Source: a virus (lineage: Duplodnaviria; Caudoviricetes). From it: a stretch of 39,577 nucleotides of DNA. How positions within the stretch are numbered: the stretch's first letter is position 1; each line of letters opens with the position of its first letter. Location of the stretch: the IMG/VR virus record IMGVR_UViG_3300045116_000020, positions 1 through 39,577 of that record; one strand, given 5' to 3'. Both the position numbers and the translations under genes were made by a program. The notes beneath the pieces were generated by a model. That model had not been told where the DNA came from and made no database searches. It was given only the letters and a program-made list of their open reading frames with translations. Positions 35,091-39,577 of this stretch are shown piece after piece.

Positions 35091-36365
35091 TCAAGAAACC
35101 TGCGCTGAGAACAGCCGGTGCGCAAGCTCCGGATAAATCAACTTGACGCCCCAAATCGCGTCGATACGGTAGATTTCCGAGAACTCGCTGATGTCATAGG
35201 CTCCCGTCATGATGAGCGTAAGGCCACTTTCCTCGTCAGTGATCCTTGCCTTGACAGCCGCGGTCTCAGGAAGCTCTGGGCTGACCATGGCCAGGGTGCA
35301 GGCATCTCGATGGAAAATGAGTCCCTGCCGGTACGTCAGACCGGAACCACCACTCACCACGGTAATAACGGCATTATCAGCCGGTGCCGCTGTAACGTTC
35401 TGATATGCGGCAATAGAGACAGTAACGCCACCCGCATTTGTCACGGTCAGCGTGCCATCATTGATTGCCGGGCTGATGGAGATGGTAGACTGTCCGGATC
35501 CGTTCGAGCTTGCCGTAGCCGTTACCGTGAAGCGCTGCAAACGACCAGTGGACTGCCTGCTCTGCGGATGCACCTCATAGACGTTGGCTATGGTGAACAC
35601 ATCACCAACGTTCAGAAGCGTCGCGATGCTTGTTCCCCAACCATCAGTAACCAGCGAGGCCCCCGTCTGGCTTGCACCGTTAACGAGAGGCGTCCCGGTG
35701 TAGTTGCCGACGGTATGGTTCGGAACTATAGCGGAACGGTATACATCGATGTCTGCAATGTTGTTCAAGTACCCCTTCTGGATTGCGCCTTTGACGAGGT
35801 CAGGATTGTACTTGTTTTTCATTTCCTTATCGATGGTAGCTCCATCCAGCGAACCAATGATTGCCGTCCTCATGCCGTCTTCCGGTACGGCGACGTTGGT
35901 CATGAAAGCCGCTGCATCGGTGAACGTATCGCTGCTGATTGCAGTGCCTGCCGTTCCGGATGAAAAATAGGTTCCGTTTTTGATGGCGCTCAGAACAGAT
36001 CGTTCGATAACGTTACCGATCTGAAGCGCACCGGATTTCAAATACCGGTCACTGAAGTTCTGCAACGACAGCTTGCGATCTCTGACCGGTATTTCCAAGC
36101 CGTAATGCTCCTGTTCGGTGATCTGGAACGGAATCTTCTGGTCAGCCATAGGCTGCTTGACCAGCACTCGACCGCTGGCGGTCTTTGCCCTGTGCGGCGT
36201 CTGGATGCTGATGGTGTCTCCGACCTTTCCGCTCTGGAACTGCGATTCGAGATCGCGATTGATTCTCTTGACCGCCACACAAGAGCTCTTGAGAACGGCC
36301 ATGAACTTCCTGAGGATGATGTCATCGGTAAGGAAGTAGTTACCCTTAATACCCTGTACAGACAT
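35091..36365 (-). CDS. Major capsid protein (P22 gp5-like)
   Basis: KVGDTISIQTP, FSDRYLK, GDVFTIANVYEVHP insertion domain, FHRDACTLA, RIDAIWGVK..YPELA. Confidence 0.93.
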   Translation of the reverse strand: MSVQGIKGNYFLTDDIILRKFMAVLKSSCVAVKRINRDLESQFQSGKVGDTISIQTPHRAKTASGRVLVKQPMADQKIPFQITEQEHYGLEIPVRDRKLSLQNFSDRYLKSGALQIGNVIERSVLSAIKNGTYFSSGTAGTAISSDTFTDAAAFMTNVAVPEDGMRTAIIGSLDGATIDKEMKNKYNPDLVKGAIQKGYLNNIADIDVYRSAIVPNHTVGNYTGTPLVNGASQTGASLVTDGWGTSIATLLNVGDVFTIANVYEVHPQSRQSTGRLQRFTVTATASSNGSGQSTISISPAINDGTLTVTNAGGVTVSIAAYQNVTAAPADNAVITVVSGGSGLTYRQGLIFHRDACTLAMVSPELPETAAVKARITDEESGLTLIMTGAYDISEFSEIYRIDAIWGVKLIYPELAHRLFSAQVS

Positions 36366-36390
36366 AATGATTCAGATTTGATGATTGAGA

Positions 36391-37284
36391 TTAGAGCCAG
36401 CCGCCTTGGCCTTTTGCGTTTTCCCGGTGATCCCATTCCTCGAACTCTGACTGTGTCATGGCTGGGTGATAACCTTGCTTGTCGCTTTCGTTTCCAGAGA
36501 GCGGACTGATCGGGGGCGGTGCATTGCTGATGCGTTTCGGTGGCGTTGTTTGGTTGAGTTTCGACTCGATGTCGCTGATGGCCTTGACCTGTTTCATTGG
36601 GCTCAGGCCTGCTATGCGTTTGGCTTCCTCTTTATTCGACCCAAGCCAATAGGCGACTTCTCCGGGGTTATCGGTTTCGGCAATAAGGTTGACCATGTCT
36701 TCAGTGATTGCAAGGTCATTGGCACCGATAAGCTGATCGAAATCCGTATGTGCCTGTCGAGCGGCATCGAATGAAGGAGTCATGGCCGTGAAGGCCTGTT
36801 TCAACTCTTCTGACATTGCTGCCGGTGCGTTCTGCTGCTCTTTTGGTTTTTCTTCCGGTTTTTCGACTGTTTTTGCTGCCGGTTTCGCCTGCTTCCCTTC
36901 CCACTCCTTGTGAGCGTCATCCCAGGCATCCCAAGTCTCGAAATCCATTATATCCGGTTCCTTGTCTTGAGAAGTCTGCCCTGCCGTCTGATTTGCCTTT
37001 AGTGAAGCAAGCTCCTGCTCTGCGGCATCAGCGCGGCGTTCTGCATCTCCAGCACGGCGGGTAAGACGATCGAAACGCCTCTGGAGCCTTGCTTCATGCT
37101 TGTCCTCTGGCTCCTGAGAAGTCTTTTCCGGCGCCGATCCCGGCCCCTCAACGGGTTTCTGCTCGTCAGCCTTCGGTTCCGGCTGCGGTGCGGCGTCTTG
37201 TGGTTTGTCGCTCGTGACGACGATAAAGGTGTCGAGTTCATTGTCGAGAGCCTGTCCCTGTTGGGTGCTGGTATCCTGTGACAT
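36391..37284 (-). CDS. Scaffolding protein
   Basis: Charged and helical; LQRRFDRLT, PEVAYWLG-like segment, SNAPPPISP; directly upstream of the coat gene. Confidence 0.85.
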   Translation of the reverse strand: MSQDTSTQQGQALDNELDTFIVVTSDKPQDAAPQPEPKADEQKPVEGPGSAPEKTSQEPEDKHEARLQRRFDRLTRRAGDAERRADAAEQELASLKANQTAGQTSQDKEPDIMDFETWDAWDDAHKEWEGKQAKPAAKTVEKPEEKPKEQQNAPAAMSEELKQAFTAMTPSFDAARQAHTDFDQLIGANDLAITEDMVNLIAETDNPGEVAYWLGSNKEEAKRIAGLSPMKQVKAISDIESKLNQTTPPKRISNAPPPISPLSGNESDKQGYHPAMTQSEFEEWDHRENAKGQGGWL

Positions 37285-37396
37285 AGCGCGTGAATTGGTT
37301 CGCGGATTTTACCCGGTGAAGCCGCCGGTAGCTTGTTTCAGAAGATTTTCGACAGGTGGGGACAGAAATCCGACGGGGTATTTTTCGGAGGAATAA

Positions 37397-37425
37397 ACAA
37401 AGCAGAGAGGTCGTCTCTGCTTTGT
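37397..37425 (-). terminator. Putative intrinsic terminator after acb2
   Basis: Perfect 12-bp stem ACAAAGCAGAGA-GGTCG-TCTCTGCTTTGT with a U-rich tail on the minus strand. Confidence 0.65.
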
Positions 37426-37442
37426 GCTCCGTAGTGATTGAC

Positions 37443-37661
37443 TCAGAAATTCTCTGGCTTTGTTATTGCCCTTGTCAAGGCCATTAAACCTTGCTGTATA
37501 TGGGTTTTCCCTATAGAAACCCATCGTGCATCAGATCCTTCTGGCATTGCCTCGATAAAGTCACCGATTGCCTGGCCAAGCTCTTTCACGTTGTTCATTG
37601 AAGCAATTTCCGCTTCGGTCAATTCTCGGTATCCCATGATCTTTCTGTGCTGGTTATCCAT
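37443..37661 (-). CDS. acb2: Anti-CBASS cyclic-nucleotide sponge, Acb2-like
   Basis: MDNQHRKIMGYRELT..EI..MN.VKELG...RW.SIGKT.IQ.G.MAL.RAI.KP..F closely follows the Acb2 sequence as I recall it, including Y11 and K26. Confidence 0.87.
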   Translation of the reverse strand: MDNQHRKIMGYRELTEAEIASMNNVKELGQAIGDFIEAMPEGSDARWVSIGKTHIQQGLMALTRAITKPENF

Positions 37662-37673
37662 ATGCTGTGCTAT

Positions 37674-39577
37674 TTATTGTTGTGGTAACTGCATCTGCGG
37701 CTGTTGCTGCATTTGCTGATTGTTCTGCTGCGAACCATGCTGCGCCATATGCATAATCTCCGCCATAGCCTCAGCCACAAGGTTCCTGATGGTTTCTTCC
37801 ATCGTGCCGGTACCTGCAGCACGGGCCTGCGTGTAGATGTTTGCCAGTGCGCTTTGAGCCTGTGCGATCTGCGCATCAGCCGTTGCGATTTTAGCATCAG
37901 CCGAGTGCATGTCAGCCTGTACTTTTGCCATCTCTACCTGATCAGCCGGTGACGGCTGCGGAGATTGGATACCGGCATCTTTCATCTCCTCTGGTGTCAG
38001 AGTTCCGGGAGGGAGCATCTTCTTGAGGCGCTTGGAAATCTCTTGCGCACCGGGCCAATCCATGTTTTGAGCGATGAGATCAACAATCACCTGTCCGGCC
38101 ATTGGAACCGCCTGAATGAACTGCATCATTGAATCGGCAGCCTCCATGCGCTGGGTCTGGTAGCTCGGCCCGCTATCGGTAACCACACCGTACTTGCCCT
38201 CAGCAATGTCGTGAAGCACCATCATCTTGCCCGTTTGTCTGTCCGTGATGACCTGATTGACCTTGATCCAGTCCCCTCCTCCATCTGGAAACTTGATGCG
38301 AATGATCCGCTCGACGTCATGAGTAACGGGAATAGCATCCATACAGAGCTTTCCTATGCGCCTGACCGCCATGCTTTGATTGTCGTTGAAAGTGTACGTT
38401 CCTCGATCGCCCTGCCGCTGACGGGCAAGGATGGCTCTGCCTGATGTCTCGTTGCTCTTGTTGCCAAGCGAGGCATCGTACATGCCAATAGTGGCTTTGA
38501 TGAGGTCGGAGGCATAGGTAACGAGCTGAAGCTCGGCATTCGGCATCTGCGGCGGCTGCTCTCTTCTGGGTGTAGGCACATCGGCTTTGTGCTTGTAAGG
38601 CAAATACGACCAGTTCTTCCTGTGGGCCGTTTCCCAGATTTTCTCGAACCCCTCGATAGAGCGGGCATCAACCACCCACTGAGCTTTCGGAGCCAGAGCC
38701 ACACGCTCGGTTGCTGCGCTGAACCAATAGTTTTCCATGCGTTGCGCGTCCTGAGCATACCGTGTCAGACCACGGAAGTATGTCTCGTTCTCGATCGTGA
38801 CGGATTTTCCAAGCACTGGAATAATGGGAATTGTCCTGAACGGCACCTCCAAAGGCCCTTCAAGGATGCTTGAGCCGGTAATCAAGGCCCACATAACCTT
38901 GTAGGTCTTGACCTTGCGTTCGCGGGCAACGGTAATGCCCTGCTGAACCATCTCGTCTTCAATGGCCTTGATCTCGTCATACCAGACCGTCTTGCCATTG
39001 GACAGAAGAAGCATGCGGCGGGTAACCGGTTCACGCCAGAAGTATTCGGCCACCCGCACCATATCCTCACCGATCCACCATGAAAGGCCAGTATTGACCT
39101 GGCCGGCCAAATCGCCCGTGTTCGCATCAGGATAGCGAACCATGAACTCCTTACGTCTCATCAGCTCCATAATGAAGCCCCAATTGGCTGACGAGAAGTC
39201 CGGTTCGCTGATGCCCTGGGGATCTATGAGCACGGCAAAGCGGTTGCGTATCGACTTGATCCTGATGTCCTGGTTCCACCAGTCATCACCGGAATACTCG
39301 GTGAAAACTCGAAGCCAGCCAAAACCAGACTCTACCGCATGCTGGTAAGCTATTGAGTAATGTGAATCGGCATCGGAAGTCACCTCGATATTGCGAATCA
39401 GGCCGGCCAGCACTTCAGCATTGGTGTAGTCCTTCGTCCCCTCAAGGTTGGACATGCGCCCCTGAATAGGCTGAGCCAGTTGCGCACCGTCGGCCTGTTG
39501 CGGCATGACCGAATCGGCGTGAACAGGATGCACCTGAATGGAAATCTTGTTTTGCCTCTGATCACCGACGACCTGAT
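37674..39577 (-). CDS. Portal protein, 3' part (P22 gp1-like)
   Basis: SGFGWLRV, VRVAEYF, IPIIPV.G, DAQRMENYW.S, SNETSGRAILARQRQG, GPSYQTQR; Q-rich C-terminal barrel. Confidence 0.95.
   Translation of the reverse strand, partial: QVVGDQRQNKISIQVHPVHADSVMPQQADGAQLAQPIQGRMSNLEGTKDYTNAEVLAGLIRNIEVTSDADSHYSIAYQHAVESGFGWLRVFTEYSGDDWWNQDIRIKSIRNRFAVLIDPQGISEPDFSSANWGFIMELMRRKEFMVRYPDANTGDLAGQVNTGLSWWIGEDMVRVAEYFWREPVTRRMLLLSNGKTVWYDEIKAIEDEMVQQGITVARERKVKTYKVMWALITGSSILEGPLEVPFRTIPIIPVLGKSVTIENETYFRGLTRYAQDAQRMENYWFSAATERVALAPKAQWVVDARSIEGFEKIWETAHRKNWSYLPYKHKADVPTPRREQPPQMPNAELQLVTYASDLIKATIGMYDASLGNKSNETSGRAILARQRQGDRGTYTFNDNQSMAVRRIGKLCMDAIPVTHDVERIIRIKFPDGGGDWIKVNQVITDRQTGKMMVLHDIAEGKYGVVTDSGPSYQTQRMEAADSMMQFIQAVPMAGQVIVDLIAQNMDWPGAQEISKRLKKMLPPGTLTPEEMKDAGIQSPQPSPADQVEMAKVQADMHSADAKIATADAQIAQAQSALANIYTQARAAGTGTMEETIRNLVAEAMAEIMHMAQHGSQQNNQQMQQQPQMQLPQQ
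39346..39577. repeat. Terminal direct repeat, right copy
   Basis: Same 232 bp as the window start; lies inside the portal CDS. Confidence 0.97.

Overview
The window is an apparently complete, circular temperate phage genome of 39,345 bp. Positions 1-232 repeat at 39346-39577, and this overlap splits the portal gene. The virion module is P22-like (podovirus): terS, terL, portal, scaffold, coat, gp4/gp10-like proteins, ejection proteins and a tail fibre. Almost all genes are on the minus strand; only the CI-like repressor is on the plus strand. The early region holds a Cro-like gene, two pentapeptide-repeat genes, Xis, a Gp157-like protein, a putative single-strand annealing protein, a VirE/VapE-type primase-helicase next to an iteron-rich origin, an SF2 helicase, VRR-NUC, a MazG-like protein and SSB. 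A tyrosine integrase lies beside an intact attP whose core encodes LFFPHMKPE*, which resembles the C-terminus of LysS. The host is probably Chlorobi/Bacteroidota (inference). The most notable items are: (1) a 3,684-aa polyvalent ejection protein with transglycosylase, adenine MTase, Strawberry-notch helicase, HExxH peptidase and LPD38-like regions; (2) an Acb2-like anti-CBASS gene between portal and scaffold; (3) two pentapeptide-repeat genes built from the same near-perfect 15-bp units, bracketing the xis cassette; (4) a roughly 100-nt rod-like hairpin ending in U8 upstream of a lipoprotein moron. All family assignments come from motif recognition by eye; no database searches were run.
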